From an uncultured Gemmatimonadales bacterium (lineage in GTDB: Bacteria; Gemmatimonadota; Gemmatimonadetes; Gemmatimonadales; GWC2-71-9), in assembly GCA_963739455.1 (NCBI GenBank), contig CAVUAK010000001.1, positions 2,400,001-2,464,000 of the forward strand: 64,000 bases of DNA, written 5' to 3'. The first letter of the stretch is position 1. Each line of letters starts with the position of its first letter. This document shows positions 1 through 9,491 of the stretch, piece by piece. Made by a program: the position numbers and the translations under genes. Under the pieces are notes generated by a model. The model was not told where the DNA came from. It saw only the letters and a list, made by a program, of their open reading frames with translations, and did no database searches.

Positions 1-37
1 GTGGGCGCTTCGCTCGAGGTACCGGAGTAGGCGTCGG

Positions 38-65
38 TTGCGCCGGCGACCTTTCGCTTTATATT
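38..65 (+). promoter_or_regulatory. Putative sigma70 promoter, probably leaderless
   Basis: TTGCGC (38-43), 16 bp spacer, TATATT (60-65); GTG start 7 nt downstream with no RBS. Confidence 0.45.
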
Positions 66-72
66 CGGGTCT

Positions 73-1332
73 GTGTCCGGACCAGCCCACGATCTCTCGA
101 AGCTGCGCATCAACCGCGACCCGCCGCCTGAAGTGCGGCGCGCTTTCGGTCGTACCCTCCTCATCATCCTGATTGTCCTCGCCGTGGTTGCCGCGGCGGT
201 CTTTGTCATGCGCCGGAACGCCGTGGTGCCGGTGGAGGCCGTGGTCGTCGAGGGGAGCACGAGCGGCGGGTCACCTGCGGCCGGGAGTACGGCGGTGACG
301 GCGAACGGCTACGTGGTGGCGCGCACGCGGGCGGCGGTATCGGCGAAGATCCCAGGGCGGCTGGCGTCGCTGCCGGTGGACGGCGGATCAGTGGTGAAGA
401 AGGGGGAGGTCATCGCCCGGCTAGACAATGCGGACTACCAGGCGGCGGTGGCGGAGCAGAAGGGGAACCTCGCCAACGCCGAGGCGGCGCTCATCGAGGC
501 CGAGGCTGAAAGGGACCAGGCGGGGCGGGAGTATGCGCGGGTGAAGGACATGCGCGCATCGAACCCGAACCTGATTTCGGCGCAGGATGAAGAGGTCTCG
601 CAGAATCGTCTCACCACGACGACGGCGCGGGCTAATGCGGCGCGAGCGCGGGTGCAGGCGGCCAACGCGGCACTCCAGTTTGCCGAAGCCAACCTCGAGA
701 ACACGATCATCCGCGCTCCCTTCAGCGGCACGGTGCTGCGGAAGGAAGCGGAAGTGGGTGAGGTGGTGGCACCGAGCGTGGGTGGCGGGCTGACGCGTGG
801 CGCAGTGGTGACGATGGCCGACCTGAGCACGCTCGAGGTGGAGGTGGACGTCAACGAGGCGTACATCGGGCGCGTGCAGCATGGGCAGCAGGCGCGCATC
901 ACGCTCGACGCGTATCCGGACACGGCGTTCCGGGGTGCGGTGCGACAGGTGGTGCCGACGGCCGACCGGCAGCGCGCGACGGTGCAGGTGAAGGTGACGA
1001 TCCTGGATCACGACTCGCGGATCCTGCCGGAGATGGGTGCGAGGGTGGACTTCATCACGGCGTCGGCGGATACGGCGGCGTCCGGGAAGGTGGCGAGCAC
1101 GGAGTCGGCACCGCGGTACCGTCTCCCGGCTGCGGCGGTGCACGAGTCGGGCGGCGGCACGATCGTGTGGCTCATCCGGGGCGGCAAGCTGGAGTCGCGC
1201 AGTGTAGACGCGGGCCCGGTGAGCGCCGGCTTTCGCGAGATCCGGAAGGGACTCAGCGGCGGCGAGCAGGTGCTGGTGAGCGGAGTGACCCAGCCGGAGC
1301 AGGGGATGCGGGTGGAAGTCAGGGGGAAGTAA
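73..1332 (+). CDS. Efflux periplasmic adaptor (MacA/HlyD-like membrane fusion protein)
   Basis: N-terminal TM, lipoyl-like halves (VSAKIPGRL...IRAPFSGTV) flanking an alpha-hairpin; first gene of an ABC operon. Confidence 0.9.
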   Translation: MSGPAHDLSKLRINRDPPPEVRRAFGRTLLIILIVLAVVAAAVFVMRRNAVVPVEAVVVEGSTSGGSPAAGSTAVTANGYVVARTRAAVSAKIPGRLASLPVDGGSVVKKGEVIARLDNADYQAAVAEQKGNLANAEAALIEAEAERDQAGREYARVKDMRASNPNLISAQDEEVSQNRLTTTTARANAARARVQAANAALQFAEANLENTIIRAPFSGTVLRKEAEVGEVVAPSVGGGLTRGAVVTMADLSTLEVEVDVNEAYIGRVQHGQQARITLDAYPDTAFRGAVRQVVPTADRQRATVQVKVTILDHDSRILPEMGARVDFITASADTAASGKVASTESAPRYRLPAAAVHESGGGTIVWLIRGGKLESRSVDAGPVSAGFREIRKGLSGGEQVLVSGVTQPEQGMRVEVRGK

Positions 1333-1377
1333 CCGTCACATTGAGAGCAGTTCCGAACCCATTACATCGAGCTTCGT

Positions 1378-2066
1378 ATGGCCCTCGTTGAAATCCGTGA
1401 CGTGTACAAGAGCTTCACTCGCGGCGCCGAGCGAATCGAGGTTTTCGCCGGCCTGACGATCGATTTGGAGGAGGGCAACTTCACGGCGCTGATGGGCCCA
1501 TCGGGCTCCGGCAAGTCCACGCTGCTCAATCTGATCGCGGGCCTCGACAAGCCGACGAGCGGCAGTGTGCGGGTGAACGGGTCGGAAGTGAGCGCGATGA
1601 CGCCGTCGCAGCTGGCGGACTGGCGCTCGGAGAACGTCGGCTTCGTGTTCCAGTCGTACAACCTGCTGCCGGTGCTCACGGCGCTCCAGAACGTGGAACT
1701 GCCGCTGCTGCTCACGAAGCTCTCGAAGAAGGATCGCGACGAGCGGACGAAGATCGCGCTGGGCGTGGTCGGGCTCGACGACCGGATGGATCACTATCCG
1801 CGGCAGCTCTCCGGCGGACAGGAGCAGCGCGTGGCGATCGCGCGCGCCATCGTCGCCGACCCGACGCTCATGCTGCTCGACGAGCCGACGGGGCAGCTCG
1901 ACGCGAAGAGCTCGGACGACGTGCTGTCGCTGCTGGCGCGGCTCAACGACGAGTTCGACAAGACAATCCTCATGGTGACGCACGACCCGGCAGCCGCGAG
2001 CCGAGCGAAGCGCCAGCTGCACCTGGAGAAGGGACGTTCGTGGAGCAGGCGGAGCTGGTGCCATGA
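1378..2066 (+). CDS. ABC transporter ATP-binding protein (LolD/MacB-type), 3' frameshift near 2035
   Basis: Walker [18 protein letters not shown] signature, Walker B LLDEPT, VTHD; shifted frame ends at TGA 2064-2066 overlapping the next ATG (ATGA). Confidence 0.88.
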
Positions 2067-3211
2067 AGTTCCTGGACCGCTGCTCCGCGCCAATCTTGGC
2101 CGCCACAAGCTGCGCACGATCCTCACCATCGCGAGCGTGGCGCTGGCGCTCTTCCTGTTCGCGTCGCTCCGCAGTGTCGTCACGACGCTTGGTGCCGCGG
2201 CTCAGTTCGGCAGCGCGCGCCGGCTCGATCGCGCAGAACGCCACCGCGTTCGTCATGCCGCTGCCGATGAGCTATGCCAACGCGACTCGAGGCGGTGCCG
2301 CACGTGGAGGCGGTGACGTGGGCCAACTGGTTCGGCGGAAAGTACGGCGATGGGAAGAGTTCTTCGCGCAGTTCGCGGTGGAGCCGAAGTCGTATCTCAA
2401 GATGTATCCCGAGATGTCGGTGCCGGACGACCAGAAGCAGGCGTTCCTGCAGGAAAGGGCGGGGCGTTGATCGGCGCGGGCCTGGTAGACGCTGTTCGGC
2501 TGGAAGGTCGGCCACAACGTGACGCTGCAGGGGACGATCTTCCCGGGCGACTGGATCTTCACCATCCGGGGCATCTACACCCGACCGATCCGTCGATCAA
2601 TGACGACGCGCTCATGTTTCACTACGACTACCTCTACGAGCGCACCGGCCGGAGGGGAACGCCGGGGTGGTTCATCATGAAGATCGACAAGCCGGACAAT
2701 GCGGCACAGATCGCGAAGACGATCGACGATCAGTTCAGGAACTCGACCGTATCCCACCAAGACGGGGACGGAGACAGGCGTTCGCCGCGGGCTTCGCCAC
2801 GATGTGGGGCAACGTCAAGCTGCTGATGAGCACGATCGGCATGGCGGTGGTGTTCGCCATCCTGCTCGTGACGGCGAACGCGATGATGATGAATGCAGCG
2901 CGAGCGGACGCCGGAGGTCGCGGTGATGAAGACGGTCGGCTTCTCCGATCGCCTGCTGTTCGGGCTGGTGATGGCGGAGTCAGCGGCTCATCTCGATCGC
3001 GGGCGCGGTGCTCGGCCTCGGGGCGGCGACGCTGCTTTACCGGGCCACGAACTTCAACGCCGGCGGGTTCCTGCCGGGATTCCACGTGAGCTGGGGGACC
3101 ATCGCGACCGGCGGGGTGATCGCGCTGGTGCTCACGGTCGCGAGCGGGATCTTGCCGGCGCTGCAGGCGGCCCGGCTGCCGGTGGTGCAGGCGCTGCGGA
3201 GGGTCGAATGA
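2063..3211 (+). CDS. ABC permease (FtsX/MacB-like) 1, multiple frameshifts
   Basis: Segments in alternating frames: [25 protein letters not shown], periplasmic domain, [30 protein letters not shown]. Confidence 0.8.
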
Positions 3212-4376
3212 AGATCCCCCTTTCTACAACGTGCGCAGCATGCGGGCGCGGCCGGTGTCGACGGCGCTGACGGCGCTCGGCATCGCGCTCGTGGTGGCGG
3301 TGTTCGTCGCGATGCTCGCGCTGGCGAACGGCTTTGCGTCGGCACTGGTGCGGACCGGGTCGCCGGACAACGTGCTCGTGCTCCGGAAGGGCGCCGACAG
3401 CGAGATGTCGAGCAGCATCGCGCGCGAGGCGTCGAGCATCATCAGCGTCGATACCGCAGGTGGCGCGTGGGCGCCGACGGTCGCCCGCTCGTGAGTCCCG
3501 AGACGTACGTGGTGATCCCGCTCGGGCGCATCGAGGATACGTCGGGGATGGCCAACGTCGTGCTGCGCGGCGTCGATCGGACAGGCGTTCGAAGGTGCGC
3601 ACCAACATCAAGGTGACGAAGGGCCGGTTGCCGGCCAGCGGGCAGAGCGAGCTCTGCCTCGGCAAGAAGCTGGTTGGTCGTTTCGCCAACACGGCGGTGG
3701 GGCAGTCGATGACGTTCGCAGCGCAACCGTGGAACGTGGTCTGTCACTTCACGGCGGGCGGGTCGGCGTTCGAGTCGGAGATGTGGGGCGAGAACGAGCA
3801 GTTCCAGGGCGTCTTCCGCGGGAGAGTCTTCCAGTCGGTGACGTTCCGGCTGAACGATCCGGGTGCGTTCGAGGAAGTGAAGCGCAGTCTCGAGGCCGAC
3901 CAGCGGTTCACGGTGGATGTGCACCGGGAGTCGGAGTTCTACGCGCGACCAGTCGCAGCTGCTGGGGAACATCCTCCGGTTCCTGGCGATCATGATCACG
4001 ACGATCATGGCGGTGGGCGCGGTGTTCGGCGCGGTGAACACGATGTATGCGGCGGTCTCGTCGCGCACGCCGGAGATCGCGGTGCTGCTGACGCTCGGGT
4101 TCAAGCCGAGGAGTGTGCTGGCGAGTTTCCTGATCGAGTCGGCGGTGATCGCGTTCATCGGGGGAGTGATCGGGTGCCTGATGGCGCTGCCGATCAACGG
4201 GGTGGTGACGAGTACGACCAACTGGGCGACGTTCAGCGAGATCGCGTTCGCGTTCCGGGTCACGCCGCAGCTGCTGCTGACGGGGCTGGTGTTCGCGGTG
4301 GTGATGGGGATGCTGGGCGGGATTCTTCCCGGCTCGGAGGGCGAGCAAGGTACCGGTGGTGCAGGCGCTGAGGTAG
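3208..4376 (+). CDS. ABC permease (FtsX/MacB-like) 2, multiple frameshifts
   Basis: RPVSTALTALGIALVVAVF, VNTMYAAVSSRTPEIAVLLTLGF, ends KVPVVQALR-TAG at 4376. Confidence 0.8.
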
Positions 4377-4416
4377 GACGTGAGGACGTGAGGACGTGAA
4401 GACGTGAAGACGTGAG
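4377..4416 (+). repeat. Tandem 8-mer GACGTGAR x5
   Basis: Directly visible right after the permease stop codon. Confidence 0.9.
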
Positions 4417-4462
4417 GTAGACTGCGACCCTTTTCACTTGAGGATGATTGAGTCCGGGTGGG

Positions 4463-4509
4463 ATGGGGCGTTTGGCCTATGTGGGTGCGGTGGTCGGGCT
4501 GGGTATGTT
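4463..4509 (+). promoter_or_regulatory. 18-bp palindromic operator plus -10-like TATGTT (copy 1)
   Basis: ATGGGGCGTTTGGCCTAT (4463-4480), TATGTT (4504-4509); same layout at 8266 and 15045. Confidence 0.55.
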
Positions 4510-4527
4510 CGGTGAGTGGGAGAGTCT

Positions 4528-4550
4528 CGCAACTCATGAGTTAGTTAGGC
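4528..4550 (+). mobile_element. attI-like integron site (array start)
   Basis: Core GTTAGGC (4544-4550) complementary to GCCTAAC ending cassette 1; no upstream attC stem; palindrome AACTCATGAGTT at 4531-4542. Confidence 0.5.
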
Positions 4551-4575
4551 CGCTGCCGACCAATATGGGGAAGCT

Positions 4576-5118
4576 ATGGCGTACTTCGATGGGCTAACGG
4601 CAAGCATCACGCAGACGGGGCTGGACGGTCGCACCTACTACGCTCCGGTCGGGCGGTATGGATCTCTGCACTTGGTGCCTGATGAGGTTGCGCTCACGGC
4701 GCTAAGGCGCGACTGGCGCCGGTTCTTCATCGCGTCCTTCGCTGTCATGATGGGCGTGATCATGTTCGCAGGGCCGGCGCGGCTCATGGGAGCTGGCTGG
4801 GCTTTTCTGCTGTTAGCGCCGCTCATCGCCGGTCTGATTGCCACGGGATACGGCTTGGTCCTCGCGCGACGGTTGCCGCGCGCTGCGATCACGCACGATC
4901 AACTTGTCCGCGTGAGCCCGGCCCAGGCACAGGCGAGGGTGCGTACGGCGATGGGTCCGAAGACATGGCTGCTGGTCGTTGGGTGTTCAGTCCTCATGAG
5001 CGTGGTTAGCGTAGCAGTCGCAATCATCACTCCAACACCAACGCTATGGTTCGGCGCGGTCTTCTTCGTGGCCTGCACAGTGAGCTTCTTGTGGCGACAC
5101 AAGACACCCAGGCCCTGA
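4576..5118 (+). CDS. Cassette 1: hypothetical membrane protein (~4 TM)
   Basis: 180-aa ORF with hydrophobic segments, flanked by cassette cores. Confidence 0.75.
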   Translation: MAYFDGLTASITQTGLDGRTYYAPVGRYGSLHLVPDEVALTALRRDWRRFFIASFAVMMGVIMFAGPARLMGAGWAFLLLAPLIAGLIATGYGLVLARRLPRAAITHDQLVRVSPAQAQARVRTAMGPKTWLLVVGCSVLMSVVSVAVAIITPTPTLWFGAVFFVACTVSFLWRHKTPRP

Positions 5119-5129
5119 GCGCGGCGGCG

Positions 5130-5259
5130 GCCTAACACGCACATGGTGCCGCCGGCCGCGGGTGTTGATGCGGCGCCAGCGCCGCCCGTGCTACCAGCTC
5201 TTTCAGCCGCGTCGCTGGCGCCGCGACCGCGGCCGCGGCACATGTGCAACGCGCTATGC
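5130..5259 (+). mobile_element. attC site 1
   Basis: R'' GCCTAAC; arms GCACATG(G)TGCCGC(C)GGCCGCGG and CCGCGGCCGCGGCACATGTGC pair with two extra bases; R' GCTATGC (GTT changed to GCT). Confidence 0.8.
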
Positions 5260-5275
5260 CGCACGTGGAGGGAAT

Positions 5276-5551
5276 ATGGCACGCTTCCTAATTAGGTGGC
5301 GCCCCCTGCTGTGGGTCGCTGGTCTTGTGGTTGTGGCAGTGTTGATCTCGTTCACGTGGGAACGTCAGACTTCGTATGACGACGGAGGCCTTGGGACGGC
5401 GAGCTTCCTCGTGACCACAGTGTCCGCTATACCGGGCCAAGCCCTCGGCCTCGGGTATGGAGCTAGCCTGTTCGTCGCGGTGCTGGGGCTTGTTATAACC
5501 GATGTCGTTTCGCGACGGGCGCTTGTCGCTCGAGGCCGGATCGACAAGTGA
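5276..5551 (+). CDS. Cassette 2: small membrane protein
   Basis: GGAGGG RBS, ATG 5276, 91 aa with hydrophobic helices. Confidence 0.65.
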   Translation: MARFLIRWRPLLWVAGLVVVAVLISFTWERQTSYDDGGLGTASFLVTTVSAIPGQALGLGYGASLFVAVLGLVITDVVSRRALVARGRIDK

Positions 5552-5584
5552 GGCGAGGTGGCTCAACGTTTTGATGCGCGCGCG

Positions 5585-5715
5585 GCATAACGAGCACATG
5601 GTGGCTGTCGGCCGCGGGTGTCTATGCGGCACGAGCGCGGCCTGTGCTTCAAGCCTGTTAAGCCGCCGCGCTCGCGCCGCCACCGCGGCCGCAGCACATG
5701 CGCAAAGCGTTAGAC
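5585..5715 (+). mobile_element. attC site 2
   Basis: R'' GCATAAC, GCACATGGTGGCTG...CAGCACATGCGC arms, R' GTTAGAC; homologous to attC 1. Confidence 0.85.
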
Positions 5716-5720
5716 CGCCA

Positions 5721-6404
5721 ATGACAACAAGAGGCCGCACGACGATGCTTGACGATGGATCGGAAGCCCAACCCCTCTACCTGCAGGCGACCCTTCGAGG
5801 GCCGACCGCCAGGCTAACAGCGACGCTAAGCTTCCTGAACGGGTTCGGTGAACGGTCGCCACCCACCGAGCCACCAGCATTGCTCCTGCAAAGCCTCATT
5901 GTCGCGGGGCCACGCACACCCGAAGGTGCAATCGTCGAGGCTGTGACGTTGCCGTGGCACCACATACTCGGCCTAATAGCTGCCAACGAGGAGACGATCC
6001 ACCAGATCGACTGGCGCAAGTGGGAGGAGATCATCGCCGGCGCCTACAAACAGGAAGGATACGACGTCGTTATCACCGCTCGGTCCAACGACGGCGGGCG
6101 CGACATTATCGCTACCAAGGTCGACGTTGGCTCTATTCGCATCCTGGATCAAGTGAAGGCGTATTCGCCGGGGCACCTTGTGAATGCAGATGAGGTGAGG
6201 GCGATGATGGGCGTCCTGAGCCTTGAGGGGAACGTGTCCAAGGGCTTTGTCACCACCACGTCAGATTTTGCCCCTGGGATCATGAAGGACCCTCGACTGG
6301 CGGGGTTCATGCCGCATCGCCTCGAGCTTCGCAATCGCTCCAAGCTGCTGCAGTGGCTAGCTGATCTGGCGCTGCGTGGCGCCTCGGAGCCAAAGGCGGT
6401 CTAA
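5721..6404 (+). CDS. Cassette 3: Mrr-catalytic-domain restriction endonuclease (type IV-like)
   Basis: WEEIIAGAYKQEGY...SNDGGRDIIA...DQVKAY...GFVTTTSDF fits Mrr_cat (D-QxK); stop TAA lies inside R'' GTCTAAC. Confidence 0.8.
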   Translation: MTTRGRTTMLDDGSEAQPLYLQATLRGPTARLTATLSFLNGFGERSPPTEPPALLLQSLIVAGPRTPEGAIVEAVTLPWHHILGLIAANEETIHQIDWRKWEEIIAGAYKQEGYDVVITARSNDGGRDIIATKVDVGSIRILDQVKAYSPGHLVNADEVRAMMGVLSLEGNVSKGFVTTTSDFAPGIMKDPRLAGFMPHRLELRNRSKLLQWLADLALRGASEPKAV

Positions 6405-6417
6405 CAACGCGTTAGCT
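6399..6417 (+). mobile_element. Collapsed attC site 3 (19 bp)
   Basis: GTCTAAC-AACGC-GTTAGCT: both cores present, central stem absent. Confidence 0.7.
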
Positions 6418-6439
6418 TGCACTAGCTAGGGAGAAATCC

Positions 6440-6661
6440 ATGCCGACGTCTGCCAACCCCTACCTGCTGCAGATCCTCATGAGTCTGTATTTCGCCGGAA
6501 CCGCCGCGCGGTGGCTGATTACGCCCACCAACCACCCTGACGCCTCGACATTGCGGTACGTCGGCGTCTGGGCGCAGCTCATCATCGCAGTGGCTCTCCT
6601 CATCCGTTTCAGTCGCAAGGCCAAGGCTGCTGCGAATGGCTCCGCTGTAAGCGCAAGCTGA
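6440..6661 (+). CDS. Cassette 4: small 2-TM protein
   Basis: GGGAG RBS, 73 aa; stop TGA within degenerate R'' AGCTGAC. Confidence 0.65.
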   Translation: MPTSANPYLLQILMSLYFAGTAARWLITPTNHPDASTLRYVGVWAQLIIAVALLIRFSRKAKAAANGSAVSAS

Positions 6662-6690
6662 CAAGCACATGTGCCACGTGCCATGTGGCC
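6656..6690 (+). mobile_element. attC remnant 4 (left arm only)
   Basis: GCAAGCTGAC pairs with cassette start GTTAGCTTGC (1 mismatch), followed by GCACATG as in attC 1 and 2. Confidence 0.55.
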
Positions 6691-6708
6691 GCACAACCGG
6701 AGGCCATC

Positions 6709-7068
6709 ATGGTCGCTGACATCTTTGACAATGGTTCGGGTCCTGAGGCGCTCCTGGAGGCCATCGCCCGACAAGCTTCGCGGGCTTCCCGAATGCAACT
6801 CACCATCCTCCTGGCGCTCGCCACATTGGGGTCCGTCGGGGCCGCGCTGACTGCTGGTCACGGGTTGGCGCTCGCCATCGCGATCAGTGCGTTGTGCGCC
6901 TCGACGGCGGTGCTGGCGCTATGGGAGCTTTGGCGCCGATCGACAGTGCGCCCGACGCGCATGCGAGCCGCCCTTCAGACGGGTCTCGCGACACTCGGCG
7001 TGGTCCTCTGGTTTCTCAGTGGCATGGCGCTGCTGCTCGTGCTACTCGGCGATTCGTGGAAGCTATAG
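6709..7068 (+). CDS. Hypothetical membrane protein (~3 TM)
   Basis: GGAGG RBS before ATG 6709; hydrophobic helices. Confidence 0.6.
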   Translation: MVADIFDNGSGPEALLEAIARQASRASRMQLTILLALATLGSVGAALTAGHGLALAIAISALCASTAVLALWELWRRSTVRPTRMRAALQTGLATLGVVLWFLSGMALLLVLLGDSWKL

Positions 7069-7126
7069 GCGACAGGCCGCGCCGCCCGGTGCGTGCGCCC
7101 AAGGTGAGTGATGCTATGGGGACGCC

Positions 7127-7585
7127 ATGAAGCCCTGGCTTGCCGGTCTCGCCATAGTCGCCCTTGGCGGAGCTGCCACACCTGCATCAAGTCAGGTGGC
7201 GAACCCCGTTTTTGTTGTGACCGCCACGGGGGCCATTCCAGCCGCCTTGCCGGCTCTCAATGCATGGCTCACACAGCTCGATCTGGCTGAATACGGCGCT
7301 AGCTGGGATTCCGCGTCGGCGGCTTTTCAGGCGGCGACGGAGAGGGCCGAGTGGGAGAAGGCGGTCCTGCAAGCGCGGGGCGCGTTCGAGCCGTTCGGTG
7401 CCCGGCAGTTGATCACGCTTGCCTATAGCCGTGATTCGACGCGCAAGGCTGACGGTGAGACAGTCCTCGCTCAGTATCGCACTGCGGTGGAAGGCCAGCG
7501 GACGGTCCTCGAAACAGTCACAGTAGCGAAGGGGCCCGATGGACGCTGGCGCGGTGCTGGCTACTTTGTGCGCCTCCAGCCGTAG
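7127..7585 (+). CDS. DUF4019-like exported protein
   Basis: Signal peptide; WLTQLDLAEYGASWDSASAAFQ...ETVTVAKGPDGRWRGAGYFV. Confidence 0.75.
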   Translation: MKPWLAGLAIVALGGAATPASSQVANPVFVVTATGAIPAALPALNAWLTQLDLAEYGASWDSASAAFQAATERAEWEKAVLQARGAFEPFGARQLITLAYSRDSTRKADGETVLAQYRTAVEGQRTVLETVTVAKGPDGRWRGAGYFVRLQP

Positions 7586-7604
7586 TCCTGACAGGGGATC
7601 CATT

Positions 7605-8228
7605 GTGAGGCGGATTGCGGTTCCCCAGCTGTTACCCCTTGTCACGGCCATAGTGCTACATGCGACGGCATTGGTGGCGATTGCGTTCCTATGGCACGCA
7701 GCGCCTCAGCCGGTTGCGCTCGGCGCTCGCAGGGCACCCTCCGATCCTGTCCGCTTCGTTCTCCCTGTACTGATTCCTATCGCCGATGCCCGCCAGAAGG
7801 CGCGCGAACGAAAGCCCGAGCGGAGCACGAGCGAGCCTCAGCCTTCCGACGCGGGGACGCCTGCCTCGCCAAACGCGGAACCCATGCCCAGCGAAGGCGG
7901 CACCGCTTCCGTCGCAGAGGGTTCTACGGGACCTGGGTGGGCATATCGGCCTGCGCAGCCCTCGTCGCGCTTCACTGAAGCAACCTCGCGCTCGGTGATG
8001 TCGGATCTCCCGGCGCGCCCAAACTGTGCCGAGGAGCACCTCCAGCAATTTCACTGCGCTCAGCTTCAGTCCCGCTGGTCCCTTGATTCCAGTATAAGCG
8101 TCAACTTGAACTGCGCCCGCGTCACCCTGTCCCGCCAGCGATACGCCGAGTGTGTGCGGCACCCAATGGTCGCCGTCGATACCTCCCCGATGGACCGCTC
8201 CTCCGGGGAGAGCATCGCACCGGAATAG
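7605..8228 (+). CDS. Hypothetical membrane-anchored protein
   Basis: N-terminal TM with SxxLH-like AIVLH, Pro-rich linker, four-Cys C-terminus; start uncertain. Confidence 0.45.
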   Translation: MRRIAVPQLLPLVTAIVLHATALVAIAFLWHAAPQPVALGARRAPSDPVRFVLPVLIPIADARQKARERKPERSTSEPQPSDAGTPASPNAEPMPSEGGTASVAEGSTGPGWAYRPAQPSSRFTEATSRSVMSDLPARPNCAEEHLQQFHCAQLQSRWSLDSSISVNLNCARVTLSRQRYAECVRHPMVAVDTSPMDRSSGESIAPE

Positions 8229-8265
8229 CATGGTGTGTCGACCCGGCACGGCGGGCAAGCAAGTT

Positions 8266-8311
8266 ATGGGTCGTTTGGCCTATGGGGCGCGATCGTGAGG
8301 CTGGGTATCGT
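8266..8311 (+). promoter_or_regulatory. 18-bp palindromic operator plus -10-like TATCGT (copy 2)
   Basis: ATGGGTCGTTTGGCCTAT (8266-8283), TATCGT (8306-8311). Confidence 0.55.
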
Positions 8312-8364
8312 TCCCCGGACAGTCGTTCCGCTGCCCTTGCGCTGTTGACGACCCCGGAGGCTGG

Positions 8365-8865
8365 ATGAGTGAGCCTTCCTCGAAGCTCGAAGGCCTTGGC
8401 GGATGGCTGCTGTTCGTCGCCATTGGCCTCTTTGCGAGGCCAGTGGGGATCCTCATGAACGAGGCGCCTGCACTCGTCAAGATCGTAACTGACGGTACGT
8501 GGCATGCGCGCACAACGCCTGGAAGCCCGGACTATCATCCACTCTGGCGCTACACGCTGGGCCAGGAGATTGTCGGCAACGTTGGTGTTCTCCTTGTGGA
8601 GCTGTGGCTCATTTTCTTGTTCTACCGGCGCTCACCACGGTTCCCCGCCTGGTATATCGCCTGGGCGCTGTTCATGCCGGTGTTCATCCTGACCGACTCC
8701 TGGCTCTTTACCAGGATCCTGCCAGCCGAGCCATTGTTTGATCCTGTAACCCTCAGGAAGTTCGCCGGCACGGCAATTGGAGCCCTCATATGGGTTCCCT
8801 ACATGCTTGTGTCGAAGCGGGTCAAGGCAACGTTTGTTCCTTCCCCGCGCGGGCGTTCAGGCTAG
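8365..8865 (+). CDS. DUF2569-family membrane protein
   Basis: GLGGWLLFVAIGL N-terminus and IWVPYMLVSKRVKATFV C-terminus; GGAGG RBS. Confidence 0.8.
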   Translation: MSEPSSKLEGLGGWLLFVAIGLFARPVGILMNEAPALVKIVTDGTWHARTTPGSPDYHPLWRYTLGQEIVGNVGVLLVELWLIFLFYRRSPRFPAWYIAWALFMPVFILTDSWLFTRILPAEPLFDPVTLRKFAGTAIGALIWVPYMLVSKRVKATFVPSPRGRSG

Positions 8866-8895
8866 CTGACATTACAAGAGGGCACGTACTCCGCG

Positions 8896-9192
8896 TCAAG
8901 CAACTCTGGCAGTCCTGGTGGTGAAGGTCACCTTGACCCCGGCATGCCCGAGCATGGTTACCAGGCTATCGATGCTGAAGCGGTCGATCTTGCCTCGGCG
9001 AAGATCGCTGACGCGCGGTTGCGAGACGCCTAGCAGCTTGGCGGCCTGGACCTGGGTCAGGCCCCGCGCCTCCAGCGCCTTGCTCAGCGCAATCATGAGT
9101 TCGGCGCGGACCCGGAGATGCTCGGCTTCCTCAGGCTCGAAGCCCAGGTCAGCAAAGACGTTGCCGGTCGACCGGCGGAGTTTAGTAACCAT
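8896..9192 (-). CDS. higA: XRE/HTH antitoxin (HigA-like)
   Basis: STGNVFADLGF...LTQVQAAKLLGVSQPRVSDLRRGKIDRFSIDSL; own GGAGG RBS. Confidence 0.85.
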   Translation of the reverse strand: MVTKLRRSTGNVFADLGFEPEEAEHLRVRAELMIALSKALEARGLTQVQAAKLLGVSQPRVSDLRRGKIDRFSIDSLVTMLGHAGVKVTFTTRTARVA

Positions 9193-9486
9193 GCTTTCCT
9201 CCCTTAGCGCCGTCGCCAGGCGCCGCTGCAGAATTTCCGCGAGGCGCTTCCGCGCGACCTCGATATCGACCATCCGGGACTTGCGCGTCCGCTTCTCAAA
9301 GGCGTGGAGGACATAGATGCCCTCCTCGAATTTGGCGATGTAGAAGACCCGGTGCTCGGCTCCAGTGTGCAGTCGGATCTCCAGGACGCCCGTGCCCACA
9401 CTCGTCATGGGCTTCCAGTCATCAGGCATAAGGGCCCGGAGATCATCGAGGGCGGCGCCGACCCACAGCAGCGGCTTATCAGGCAT
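9193..9486 (-). pseudogene. higB: RelE/HigB (Gp49-like) toxin, internally shortened and read in frame into the antitoxin
   Basis: KPLLWVGAALDDLRA joined directly to LMPDDWKPM...GVLEIR...RVFYIAKFEEGIYVLHAFEKRT; no in-frame stop. Confidence 0.65.
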
Positions 9487-9491
9487 TGGCA

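Larger units (their letters stand above)
4544..6690 (+). mobile_element. Integron gene-cassette array without adjacent intI (CALIN-like), four cassettes
   Basis: Each ORF is bounded by a GTTRRRY-type core and a matching RYYYAAC-type inverse core; two full ~130-bp attC stems; no tyrosine recombinase seen in the window. Confidence 0.8.

Noticed and set aside
6700..8895. Continuation of the cassette array
   Set aside because: No paired GTTRRRY/RYYYAAC cores or attC stems found around these ORFs; they may be eroded cassettes but this is unsupported
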